Source: Longimicrobiales bacterium (GTDB lineage Bacteria; Gemmatimonadota; Gemmatimonadetes; Longimicrobiales; Gaopeijiaceae). Taken from it: a DNA stretch of 64,000 nt. The stretch lies in contig CBDCNQ010000005.1 of the NCBI GenBank assembly GCA_965219445.1, positions 1,344,001 through 1,408,000 on the forward strand, given 5' to 3'. Made by a program: the position numbers and the translations under genes. Under the pieces are notes generated by a model, which saw only the letters and a program-made list of their open reading frames with translations, did not search any database and was not told where the DNA came from. Positions 10,642 to 20,163 of this stretch are shown here, piece by piece; positions within the stretch are counted from its first letter, which is position 1; each line of letters begins with the position of its first letter.

Positions 10642-12063
10642 CTACCAGCGCGCGGTGAGTCGGCCCACCAGGCTGTGGTCGGCGTCTCCCCGGCCCAAGC
10701 TCTCGCGGCGCTGGGCGTCGAGGCCGAACTGGAAGCTCATGGCGCCACCCTGCACGACAGCCAGGCTGTAGCCCAGCCGGTAGGCGCGCCCGTACTCGGA
10801 AGTCGTGACGCCGAACCTCGGCGTCCCCACGAGCCGGCTCCCGACCGGCAGCGCGTAGCCGAGCTCGGCGTCGAGGCGGTTGCCCGATCCCGGGCCTGCT
10901 GCCCCGAGCCCCGCCATCGTATCGCGGCCCCAGAGCGCGTCGGCACCGCTCATCGCCTGCCCGCCCCACGACGGCGCCACCCGCGCCGTCAGCCCCAGCG
11001 GCGTCTGTGGCGTCGGGTCGTAGCTGAACGACACCGACACACCCCGTTCCCTGAACCCCTGGGCCTGGTGCGCGAGCAACATCCGCACGCGCACGTCGAC
11101 CGACAGTCCGGTGAGAGGATCCGCTGCGATCAGGCTTGCGGCGACGTCCGCGCCCGCGCCCGTCTCCGCGTCCCCGCCGTCGCGCCTGAGCCCGACCTCG
11201 AAGCTCGGCCGGAGCGCTATGCCGTGTCCGAAGACGTAGCCCCTCGAGGCCTCGAGCGCCGTCCGCACACGCGTCACCACCGCTTCGGTCCCAGCCAGTC
11301 GGCCTGCCGGACCGTCCACGGCCTCGCTGCCCGTCCCGACCCACAGCGCGTCCGCCTTGAACGCCAGCCCGAACCCGCCGACACCGGCATCGACCAGATC
11401 GCCCCTCACGCCCCCGGCGAGCATCGACATCGAGAGCCCGCCCTTGAGAGCGACGGGAGCCGCGAGAGACGTTGGGAGAGACAGTGCCTCGCCCGGCGTC
11501 AAGCTCAGCGAGCCCCTCCCGTATCCGGTCACGCCCCAGAGCGTGACCCGCTCCGTCAGCTTGTAGCCCACCCACGGGTGGAGCCCCGTGACCGACGAGG
11601 CCACCTGGCCGACATCGGCTCCCTGGTAGCCGCCCAGGCCGCGCCGGTGCGAGAGCATCAGCCCCGCCATCAGCGGCCCCTTAGCGTAGTCGGCGCCGAA
11701 CATCGTCGTGCGGACCCCGCCGTCGAGCGACAGCTCGCCGTCCCGGCCGCTGAAGCGCGACTCCATCCCGCGGCTCCAGAGCGACACGCTCGCGCCCCCG
11801 CCCGTCTCGCGGTTCAGCACGAACCCCGAGCCCATCAGCACGTCGCCGCCCCCGAGACCCGTCCGCAAGAGTTCCGCACCGCTCAGATCGGACTGGACAC
11901 CCCTCGTATCCCGGGCGCCCGCAACTGCGGTGGACTGAAGCCGGCTCAGGAAGTTCCGGCCCATATCGCGCTCCATCCCACGCCTGAGCTCACGGCCCGC
12001 GAACCGGCCCCGGAAGCCCGAGGCTCTGGACGCCTCCAACCGCTCCTCCACCTGCTCCATCAC
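10642..12063 (-). pseudogene. C-terminal autotransporter-like beta-barrel half of a split surface-protein gene
   Basis: Amphipathic beta strands ending in ...GRLTARW. No signal peptide, and it starts abruptly (VMEQVEERL) at a repeat junction. Confidence 0.75.
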
Positions 12064-12065
12064 GT

Positions 12066-12256
12066 CGATGTCGAATGCAAATTGGCGAGCTGCCGAGGGG
12101 ATGGTGAAGGAGCGAAGCGTGCCGGAGGGTGGATTGTCGATGGCCCCTGTCCTCTCTGATTGCGGACTACAATAGATGGTTAGTGTTTCAGATCACTCCG
12201 CGTTGCCACGGCTCGCGGCGATCTGTTCTCGGATCCACGCATCCACTTCGGACTCG
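12066..12256. repeat. Second copy of the 191-bp direct repeat
   Basis: Identical to 9652-9842. Confidence 0.9.
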
Positions 12257-12754
12257 GACGGGGACGTGACGATCACGCTGGCGGCGGGGCGCGAGTGCGC
12301 GACGTCCGGTGCGATCTGCACCAAGGGCGAGAACCGGCGGCAGTTGACCAACAGCCCGTCGGCGACGGTGGCCGGCCCGGTGGGCATCTCCGTGGCGGAT
12401 GCGCGGGTGGAGGAAGGCGCGGGCGCCGTGCTGGAGTTCGCGGTAACGCTCGAGCGGGCGGCGGGCGGGGCGGTGACGGTCGACTACGCCACGTCGGACG
12501 GCACGGCTCAGGTGGGCGTGGACTACACGGCGGCGAACGGGACGCTGACGTTCCGGGCGGGCGAGTCGTCGAAGACGGTCGAGGTCGCGGTGCTCGACGA
12601 CTCGCACGACGAGGGCGAGGAGACGATGACGCTCCGGCTCTCGCATCCGTCGGAGGGCCGGCTGGCCGACGCGGAAGCGACCGGGACGATCGAGAACACC
12701 GATCCGCTCCCGCGGGCGCTGTTGGCTCGGTTCGGACGGGCGACGGCGCTTCAC
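12250..12754 (+). pseudogene. Calx-beta domain fragment, the inverted upstream part of the autotransporter gene
   Basis: ISVADARVEEGAGAVLEFAVTL...VTVDYATSDGTA..G.DYTA.NGTLTF.AGESSKTVEVAVLDD..DEGEETMTLRLS matches the Calx-beta pattern. It ends ...FGRATALH at the repeat junction. Confidence 0.8.
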
Positions 12755-12980
12755 TGAAGCGGAGTCGCCCGACAGCCGACGCCAATGGGGGTGACATGGC
12801 GCTCAGTGAGGTTGGGTAGGTAGTCAAAGATGGCAATCGGGTGGCCGACGTGTCCGCCAAGGTCCGCTAGGGTCGTTTGGAATCCAGTTCCTAAAAATGG
12901 GTATGAAAAGGGGACAACCAAAGAGATAGCATATGTATATCGTTGTACCACAGTAACTTATCAGATCCATCATGATTCTT
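12754..12980. repeat. Right copy of the 227-bp inverted repeat
   Basis: Reverse complement of 9424-9650. Confidence 0.9.
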
Positions 12981-13017
12981 ACCGTGAATCACGCCACCGG
13001 TACTCTGCCGAGACGTC

Positions 13018-13242
13018 ATGTTCGCGCTGGTTGCGGACGACGTGCTGTACATGAAGGTGGATGACCAGACTCGCGGCGCCTTTGAAAACGCAGGGTCGGT
13101 CCCGTTCATCTACTACGCGAAGAAGGGAAGCCCGGCGACCATGTCATACTGGGAAATGCCTCCCGAGGGCTTCGAGTCCTCGGACCGCGCTAGGCACTGG
13201 GCGCGACTCGCGCTGGAAGCGGCCTCACGGACGAAGCGATGA
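13018..13242 (+). pseudogene. TfoX/Sxy N-terminal domain protein, apparently 5'-truncated
   Basis: MFALVADDVLYMKVDD...FENAGSVPFIY...MSYWEMP..WARLALEAA. The usual upstream RMFGGxG segment is absent, and the repeat ends about 40 bp upstream. Confidence 0.7.
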
Positions 13243-14624
13243 TCGCCCCTCGACGAGTCCTCTTGCCGGCGTTGTTCTGGGTGGCTGGCTTGGTTCTTGG
13301 ACTCGCCGTCCCAGCCGTTCCCGCACAAGGACAGGATCCGGTGCCGGAAACGGAGGCAGAAGCGGAACTTCAGGACCCGATTCCCGCTGTGCCCCCTGGG
13401 GTCCCCCGGGTCTTCTTCGACTGCCGAGGGCCCCGGTGTGACAGTCGGTATTACCGAACGGAGATCGGCTGGGTCGCATGGGTCCGGGACCGCCAAGACG
13501 CGCACGTCCACGTGATCATGACCAGCCAAGGGACGGGAGTCGGAGGACGTGAGTTCATCCTGGATTTCATTGGCAATGGGCGTTATCAGAACTATGAGAC
13601 ACGTAGCCTCTATCAGTCGCTGCCCACCGACACACAACGTGAACAACTCGATGGGGTCACGCTCACCCTAGGCCTTGGGCTGGCACAGTTTGCCACCGGA
13701 TCTGGCTTTCGAGACATCGTCGAGCTTTCGGGGATTGCGCCCGTCGGCGAAGTCAACGCGAACCTTGACGCGCCTCCGGAAGGGATACTCTCGCCAGATG
13801 AGGTGCAGGACCCGTGGGACCTCTGGGTCTTCCGCATCAACGCGAATGGGCGTTTCGACAGCGAGTCCACGCAGCAAGAGTTCCGGGGGCGGACTGGGTT
13901 CCGGGCCTCACGCGTGACGCCGACATGGCTCCAACGCTACAACTTCAACCTGAGCTACAGGGAGCAGGAATTCGAACTGAGCGATGGCTCCCGATTCACC
14001 GACGAGCGATACGACTGGAGTGTCTCGTCCCGCGTCGTATACTCGGTCGCAGAACATTGGTCGATGGGGTTCAGCTCCAACGTGGGTCGCAACACGAGCA
14101 GAAACCAACAGGTCTGGGGCCAATTCAACCCCGCGGTGGAGTACAGTTTCTTCTCCTATGATGAGGCTACCCGCCGCGCCCTAACAGCATTCTTCGAGAT
14201 CGGCCCCGTGTATCGGGACTATTTCGATGAAACGATCTTCAACGAAACAGAGGAGCTCCGCTTCGAGCAAGCACTCACTCTTGAGTTTTCGCAACGCCAG
14301 CCCTGGGGCAATGCTTCCATACAGCTTCGGGGGTCGATGTATCTACACGACCCGTCGGCAAACAACATTTCTCTCGACGGCTTCCTGAGATTCAGGGTTG
14401 TGAGGGGACTGGACTTGAACGTGGGTGCATCGTACTCGAGAGTCCAGGACCAGCTCTATCTTTCGGGGGAAGGCCTGACCGATGAGGAGCGGCTGTTGGA
14501 GCTTTCGCAGCAGCAGACCGATTATGAAGCATCGGTGAACTTCGGACTCACCTTTCAGTTCGGCTCCATCTTCAACAACGTCGTAAACAACCGGTTCCCG
14601 GGTGGCGGAGGCGGTTTTAACTGA
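13239..14624 (+). CDS. Hypothetical outer-membrane beta-barrel protein
   Basis: Signal peptide, alternating-residue beta strands, C-terminal FGSIFNNVVNNRF. Confidence 0.7.
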   Translation: MIAPRRVLLPALFWVAGLVLGLAVPAVPAQGQDPVPETEAEAELQDPIPAVPPGVPRVFFDCRGPRCDSRYYRTEIGWVAWVRDRQDAHVHVIMTSQGTGVGGREFILDFIGNGRYQNYETRSLYQSLPTDTQREQLDGVTLTLGLGLAQFATGSGFRDIVELSGIAPVGEVNANLDAPPEGILSPDEVQDPWDLWVFRINANGRFDSESTQQEFRGRTGFRASRVTPTWLQRYNFNLSYREQEFELSDGSRFTDERYDWSVSSRVVYSVAEHWSMGFSSNVGRNTSRNQQVWGQFNPAVEYSFFSYDEATRRALTAFFEIGPVYRDYFDETIFNETEELRFEQALTLEFSQRQPWGNASIQLRGSMYLHDPSANNISLDGFLRFRVVRGLDLNVGASYSRVQDQLYLSGEGLTDEERLLELSQQQTDYEASVNFGLTFQFGSIFNNVVNNRFPGGGGGFN

Positions 14625-14658
14625 GCCCGACCCTCGCTCCTGAGCCCCGGCATACCCG

Positions 14659-16155
14659 TTAGCGCACGGGAATCGATACCGACAGCTGACTCGTGAGCAC
14701 CCAGGCATCTTGTAGGGTTAGAGGTGCCTCCGGTGCCAGAAGGAAATCGTTCCGGGCGGCATCGAGCACGGCTGCTTGGACTGGGCTCCATGCTACCCCC
14801 GGCCGTCCGGTCCCCGTCGTCACCCGACCCACATATCTTACCTCGAAATCCGATACGCCCATGTGTAGGCCCCAGCTAGGCGTCCACTCCATCCAGCTCT
14901 CCCTTTGATTCCGGCGCTCCTCGGCGATGTTGTCGAACTGCTCCAGGTCGTATCGGATCGAATGAAGTTCTAGACCGAGCCCGAAGCCGCCCCACGTGTA
15001 GTCCTGGCCCACACCCATTCTGATCGTCGCATTCGAGAAGAAAAACTCATTCTCGACAGTCTTTTCACCCACCAGTACGCTGCCGCCACTGGCGGTTACC
15101 GTGTCAGCCCCGGCCTCGGCCCAGGTATCGCTCCATATCGGCTCGAACACGAGGTCAATCCCGTAGGTGGCTCCCTCTCCAGTCCTAGAGAGCCCGACCC
15201 CGAAGTCATACGCCCAAGAGTTGCCTGGGTCTCTAGGGATGTTCTGGATCGCGTAGTTGGGGATTTTTGGATGGGATTTCTTATTCACCGTCGCGATCGT
15301 ACCGAACTGCCATCCGCTCCTGGTGAGTGGAAGGGTGTACCCCAGGTGGACGCCCGTGGTCTCGGTCTTATCCTGATTCGTCTCTACCCGCGTTACCCAT
15401 TCCCAGAATATCTGGTCATCGTTCCACACGTTGTCCAAGTAGCTGACGTCATGTGTCATGTCGAAATTACTGTGCACGACAACGGCCTCGAACGTGCTCC
15501 TATTCTCCTTCCGTCCGACAAGGCCCAACCTCAGGTCCACGCTCGATCCGGTCTGGTCGATTCGCTGACTCAACGCGTAGAGATGCTCTACGCCGTCTAC
15601 GGCGCCGAGACCAGCCCAGGCCGCGCTTGCCGCAACTGAAAGCCCTGTTTCGCCTAGGGTCCGACCGACGTACCCGTGGAGGTAGAGGTTCGTGGCCGAT
15701 TGTTCGCGCAGGGTCTGGTCGACTTGGGGTCCCCACCAAATCCCGAAGATCCGGTCACGATCTGCAGCCCGTAGCTCTTGGAGAGCGAAGCTCCCACCAC
15801 CGAACCACGTGTCAGATCCCGCAAGGATTGAAATAGGAAGTGTCCGACCTGAGCCATTCTGGTCCGAGATCGAATAGAAGGTGGGCGAGCTTATGAGTTC
15901 CGCTTCTCGGATACGAGACCCTTTCGCCGGGTTCATGAATGGGTCCAGGAGGTGATCGTCGAGAGCGATGTGAGTTCCGCCTAACGCGAGATTGTTCGAT
16001 GGGTAGAGAAGGAACTGATCACCATCTGCGACTGGCACCGATTTGATCGGGATCAGCTGCGCTTCGACCGGAACGCCGAGGAAAAGACACCCAAACACGA
16101 AGGTGGCGGCGAACGTGCCCAGCACCGTATTCTGCACCGACGCGTGATTTGTCAT
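14659..16155 (-). CDS. Hypothetical outer-membrane/secreted protein
   Basis: Start chosen at ATG 16155, preceded by AGAGGG. Signal peptide ending VEA-Q and beta-strand-rich body. Confidence 0.7.
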   Translation of the reverse strand: MTNHASVQNTVLGTFAATFVFGCLFLGVPVEAQLIPIKSVPVADGDQFLLYPSNNLALGGTHIALDDHLLDPFMNPAKGSRIREAELISSPTFYSISDQNGSGRTLPISILAGSDTWFGGGSFALQELRAADRDRIFGIWWGPQVDQTLREQSATNLYLHGYVGRTLGETGLSVAASAAWAGLGAVDGVEHLYALSQRIDQTGSSVDLRLGLVGRKENRSTFEAVVVHSNFDMTHDVSYLDNVWNDDQIFWEWVTRVETNQDKTETTGVHLGYTLPLTRSGWQFGTIATVNKKSHPKIPNYAIQNIPRDPGNSWAYDFGVGLSRTGEGATYGIDLVFEPIWSDTWAEAGADTVTASGGSVLVGEKTVENEFFFSNATIRMGVGQDYTWGGFGLGLELHSIRYDLEQFDNIAEERRNQRESWMEWTPSWGLHMGVSDFEVRYVGRVTTGTGRPGVAWSPVQAAVLDAARNDFLLAPEAPLTLQDAWVLTSQLSVSIPVR

Positions 16156-16307
16156 TCCCCTCTGTCTCCTTGGTTCTGATTTGCGCGTTCGATGAGGCGG
16201 GTAGAGCGTCCCGCCTCCGCACAAGAACGACCCGGAGAGAGACTCTGTGACATCCACGCCCGTCACGGCCCCATCAGTCGTCCACGAATCCCGCTGCCGC
16301 CCCGGAG

Positions 16308-17477
16308 GTGATGACAGTGTCGGCGAATCGATCCGCATGCCGTGCTCTGCCAGTTCTGATGTTGCTGTGGTTGCCACTAGCGGGCGCAGCTCAGTCCTCG
16401 AGTGAGGATGACGCGACCAGGGTCGTGAGTGTCGATCACTACGTGCCGGTTGTATCGATGGCGCCCCCGATCGCCGGGCAAACGGCGCAGATCTATGTAC
16501 GGGAGCGGGTGTTGACCGGGACAGCGCTTCGGGCTCGGAGCCTCGAGGACCGAGTGGTCATTTTTGTGCACGGCGCGGGGACCCCGGCGGAGGTCGCTTT
16601 CGATGTTCCACACGAGGGGTACAGTTGGATGGCCTTCCTCGCCGAGGCCGGTTTCGACGTGTTCTCGATGGATATGACCGGCTACGGCCGCTCAACTCGG
16701 CCCGAGGTCATGAACGACCCCTGCAATCTCGCCGAGGCGCAGCAAGCGGAGTTCGTTCCGGGGTTGATTGCAGCACCCTGCTCTCCCAGTTACGGCTACG
16801 CTGCGACCACGATCGAATCGGATTGGCACGACCTAGACGCGGTGGTCCAATACGTTTCGGAGCTGAGAGGTGTGGACCGAGTCAGTCTGGTCGGATGGTC
16901 TCTCGGCGGCCCAAGAGCGGGCGGGTACGCCGCTCGGCACCCTGAGCGAGTCCGAAGCGTCGTCCTGGTAGCTCCTGCATACAGCCGAGATCGTGCGGAT
17001 GGGCCCCCGCAGGACCTTCCCGTCGCCGGTGCCGCGATGACCAAGCAATCGGAAAGCGACTTCACGGCGAATTGGGATCGACAGGTAGGGTGTGAACAGC
17101 AATACGACCCGGAAGTGCACGATGCGGTGTGGTCAGCGATGCTCGACTCCGACCCAATTGGCGCGACTTGGGGGACCGGTGTTAGGCGGGCACCTCGGAC
17201 AACGACCTGGGGCTGGGGTCCGAAACAGGTCGAAGCGACGACGACGCCAATGCTCCTGGTTTCGCCTGTCCACGACGGACAAGTGTCTCCTGAGCGAGTG
17301 ATCGAACTATATGAGGACCTGGCCTCCCCCAAGAAGGTCCTGATCGACCTCGCATGCGCGTCGCACAATGCGATGTGGGAGCGCAATCGCATGCTCCTCT
17401 ACGACGCTTCACTCCAGTGGCTCCGGGACGGCAAAGTGAAGGGGATCGAATCCGGTGAGATCCGGCTGGGCTATTGA
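16308..17477 (+). CDS. Secreted alpha/beta hydrolase
   Basis: Signal peptide, VHGAG, GYGRS, GWSLGG, ASHN. Confidence 0.85.
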   Translation: MMTVSANRSACRALPVLMLLWLPLAGAAQSSSEDDATRVVSVDHYVPVVSMAPPIAGQTAQIYVRERVLTGTALRARSLEDRVVIFVHGAGTPAEVAFDVPHEGYSWMAFLAEAGFDVFSMDMTGYGRSTRPEVMNDPCNLAEAQQAEFVPGLIAAPCSPSYGYAATTIESDWHDLDAVVQYVSELRGVDRVSLVGWSLGGPRAGGYAARHPERVRSVVLVAPAYSRDRADGPPQDLPVAGAAMTKQSESDFTANWDRQVGCEQQYDPEVHDAVWSAMLDSDPIGATWGTGVRRAPRTTTWGWGPKQVEATTTPMLLVSPVHDGQVSPERVIELYEDLASPKKVLIDLACASHNAMWERNRMLLYDASLQWLRDGKVKGIESGEIRLGY

Positions 17478-17626
17478 GAATGCCGCTGCTGGGGCCCTGA
17501 GGTCGCATCCCCCGGTAGCAAACCGACGGGGGCGGCCTTGCTCCCTCAATCGAGCGTCCATAGCGTTGGGGCGGCGTCGGAACTAAAGCTTCTACTGGCC
17601 CCCAACTTCTACTACGAGACCAACGA

Positions 17627-19090
17627 ATGATGATTGAAGGGGGCGCACGGGCATCGGTCGTGTTGTTTCTGGCTGCGATGATCACTCTCGGTGGGTGCGC
17701 ATCCACGCGGACAACCGGCGGTCAGGGCGTGACTGGCATGGCCCTCGAGTCGAGCACGATCGACGGCAGCCCCACTTTTTACGCGGAGGCCCTGCCGATC
17801 TTCGAGAAGAATTGTGTCGCTTGTCACCAGCCCAATGGGCCGGATGTGGGCGGAATCAGCGCTCCGATGTCGTTGATGACATATGAGGAGGCGAGCCCCT
17901 GGGCGCCCCGGATCAAGGAGGCGCTGCGGACCGGGTACATGCCGCCATGGGGTGCGCACGAACAGCACCAAGGCACGTTCAAGGGTGAGCGCTATATAGA
18001 CGCTGCCGAAAAGAAGACGCTGATCGCATGGGTCGATGGGGGTGCACAAGCAGGGAGCCCTGACAACCAACACCCGAGGGACGATCTTGGAGAGAGAGAG
18101 TCGGCCAACTCGGCGGGAACCACGTTGCCGCCTTCAGGCTGGTGGATCGGCGATCCGGACCTTGTCGTCCAGTTCGAGGAAGCCGTGCACGTAGATGAGA
18201 GCGTCAAGGATTGGCAACCAACGGTCCAGATGCCGGTGCCCGAAGGAGCACACACCGAACCGAGATGGGTGTCGAAAGCCGAGCTTCGCCCCGGAGGCCC
18301 CTGGGTGCACCACATCGTTTCGAGTCACATGGGGGTGGGCGTGCCGGGCCGAGGGCCGTTCACCTACCCGGAGGGCTGGGGAGTTCTTCTGCCGGAGGAT
18401 CCCTTCATCACGCTCAACATCCACTATCACAAGGAACCGGGGCCGGGAACCGCGGTCGAAGACCTGACCCGAGCCGCATTCGATTTCTACGAAGCCGGGG
18501 ATGTGATCGACTACGTCGTCCAGACCAATTTGCTTCCCCATCGCGAGTGGACGATTCCGGCCGGTCACTCGAACTACCAGGTGTCGAACACGCATCTTAT
18601 CGAGGAAGACATCTACCTACTTTCCATGGGGCCCCATATGCACTATCGGGGCAAGGCCATGAGATATGAGCTCGAATACCCGGACGGCGAATTCGAGACG
18701 CTGCTTTGGGTCCCGGACTACGACTTCAATTGGCAATTCCTATACGAGTACGAGGAGCCGAAATTCATTCCGGCCGGCTCGACTCTCCATATGAAGTGGT
18801 GGTTCGACAATTCGGTCGACAATCCTCACAACCCCGATCCGACAGCAGACGTGGAGTACGGTCCTGCGACGACGGATGAGATGTCGAATGCCCGGATCTA
18901 CTATGCCCCTGCGACCCCACGCGGCATCGTGGTGGGTGAAGAGATTCCTGAAGAGATCTTGCAGAAGGCCCGCGACGCGGAGGCGGAGCGAAGGCAGCGA
19001 CTGGAAGTCGATCTTGCACAGCCCCCGGCAGCCGACGATCTGGATTGGCTCGATGGGGATGGCCAACCCGACGACGGGCCGGACCGCTAA
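17627..19090 (+). CDS. Lipoprotein with c-type heme motif and copper type II (PHM/DBH-like) monooxygenase domains
   Basis: Lipobox-like LGGC, CVACH, MPPW, VHH, HYH, PHMH, YDFNWQ, DEM. Confidence 0.75.
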   Translation: MMIEGGARASVVLFLAAMITLGGCASTRTTGGQGVTGMALESSTIDGSPTFYAEALPIFEKNCVACHQPNGPDVGGISAPMSLMTYEEASPWAPRIKEALRTGYMPPWGAHEQHQGTFKGERYIDAAEKKTLIAWVDGGAQAGSPDNQHPRDDLGERESANSAGTTLPPSGWWIGDPDLVVQFEEAVHVDESVKDWQPTVQMPVPEGAHTEPRWVSKAELRPGGPWVHHIVSSHMGVGVPGRGPFTYPEGWGVLLPEDPFITLNIHYHKEPGPGTAVEDLTRAAFDFYEAGDVIDYVVQTNLLPHREWTIPAGHSNYQVSNTHLIEEDIYLLSMGPHMHYRGKAMRYELEYPDGEFETLLWVPDYDFNWQFLYEYEEPKFIPAGSTLHMKWWFDNSVDNPHNPDPTADVEYGPATTDEMSNARIYYAPATPRGIVVGEEIPEEILQKARDAEAERRQRLEVDLAQPPAADDLDWLDGDGQPDDGPDR

Positions 19091-19104
19091 GGAGAGCGCC
19101 TTAA

Positions 19105-20148
19105 ATGAAATCGCGAGGAGAGGCTCTTAGGGACTACGTGATTCGACGAATCCTCCTGATGGTCCCGACTTTTCTCGGTATCACCTTCGTGACCTTTGCG
19201 CTATGTCAGTTCGTTCCAGGTGGGCAGATCGACCAGATGCGAATGGCGTTGGCGGGAGGTGGGGCGGGAGGTGAGGTAGGGGGAGGAGGAGGCAACGTAC
19301 AGCTCGACATACCAGACGAGCAACTGGAACTCCTCAGGGAATACTACGGATTCGACGAACCGCTCCCGGTGGCCTATGCGACCTGGCTCTGGGACGTGAT
19401 ACGCCTCGATTTCGGAGATTCCTTCCGGTACAACGAACCGGTTCTCCGTGTCATCGCCGACCGCCTCCCGGTCTCGATCTATTACGGACTTGTGACCGCG
19501 TTCTTTACCTATGGAATCTGCATTCCTCTCGGGATCCTAAAGGCAATCAAGCATCGAACCACCGTAGACAACCTTTCCTCGATCTTGATTTTCTTGGGCT
19601 ATGCGATTCCGGGCTTCGCGCTAGGTGCGGTACTGAGCAATATTTTCGCGGTAAGGTACGAGATCTTCCCGCTTGGCGGGTTTCAGTCGCCCGGGGGCGA
19701 GGAGCTTTCGATGGTCTCGCAGGCTCTAGACGTAGTGTGGCATTCCATCCTCCCGCTAATCGCGTATCTTGCCGGCGCATTTGCGATTATGACCATGCTC
19801 ATGAAGAACAGCCTCATCGAAAACATGAGTGCGGACTACGTGAAGACAGCGTTGGCGAAGGGGTTGAGTTGGCGGAGGACCATGTTCGTCCACGCATTGA
19901 GGAACTCGCTGATCCCGATGGCCACAAGCATCGGGACCCTGCTCGGAATCTTCCTAACAGGCAGCTTTCTTATCGAGCGCGTATTCAATATCCAGGGGGT
20001 CGGACTCCTCTCGTTCGAGGCGATCCAGACTCGCGATTTTCCGGTGGTGCTCGGCTTCCTGGTGATCTCCAGCGCTTTGCTCATGGTCGGGAACCTGGTA
20101 TCGGACCTCGCCGTAGCTTTCGTGGACCCCCGGGTGCGGTTCGAGTAG
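19105..20148 (+). CDS. yejB: Peptide ABC transporter permease (YejB-like)
   Basis: YVIRRILLMVPT, DFGDSF, DYVKTALAKGL, VDPRVRF. Confidence 0.85.
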   Translation: MKSRGEALRDYVIRRILLMVPTFLGITFVTFALCQFVPGGQIDQMRMALAGGGAGGEVGGGGGNVQLDIPDEQLELLREYYGFDEPLPVAYATWLWDVIRLDFGDSFRYNEPVLRVIADRLPVSIYYGLVTAFFTYGICIPLGILKAIKHRTTVDNLSSILIFLGYAIPGFALGAVLSNIFAVRYEIFPLGGFQSPGGEELSMVSQALDVVWHSILPLIAYLAGAFAIMTMLMKNSLIENMSADYVKTALAKGLSWRRTMFVHALRNSLIPMATSIGTLLGIFLTGSFLIERVFNIQGVGLLSFEAIQTRDFPVVLGFLVISSALLMVGNLVSDLAVAFVDPRVRFE

Positions 20149-20163
20149 GCTGGCCGGGTCCCG

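Noticed and set aside
10489..12159. 556-aa plus-strand ORF
   Set aside because: Antisense shadow of the autotransporter fragment.
9652..12256. 191-bp direct repeat as a DGR template/variable repeat pair
   Set aside because: The copies are identical, with no adenine-specific differences, and there is no reverse transcriptase in the window.
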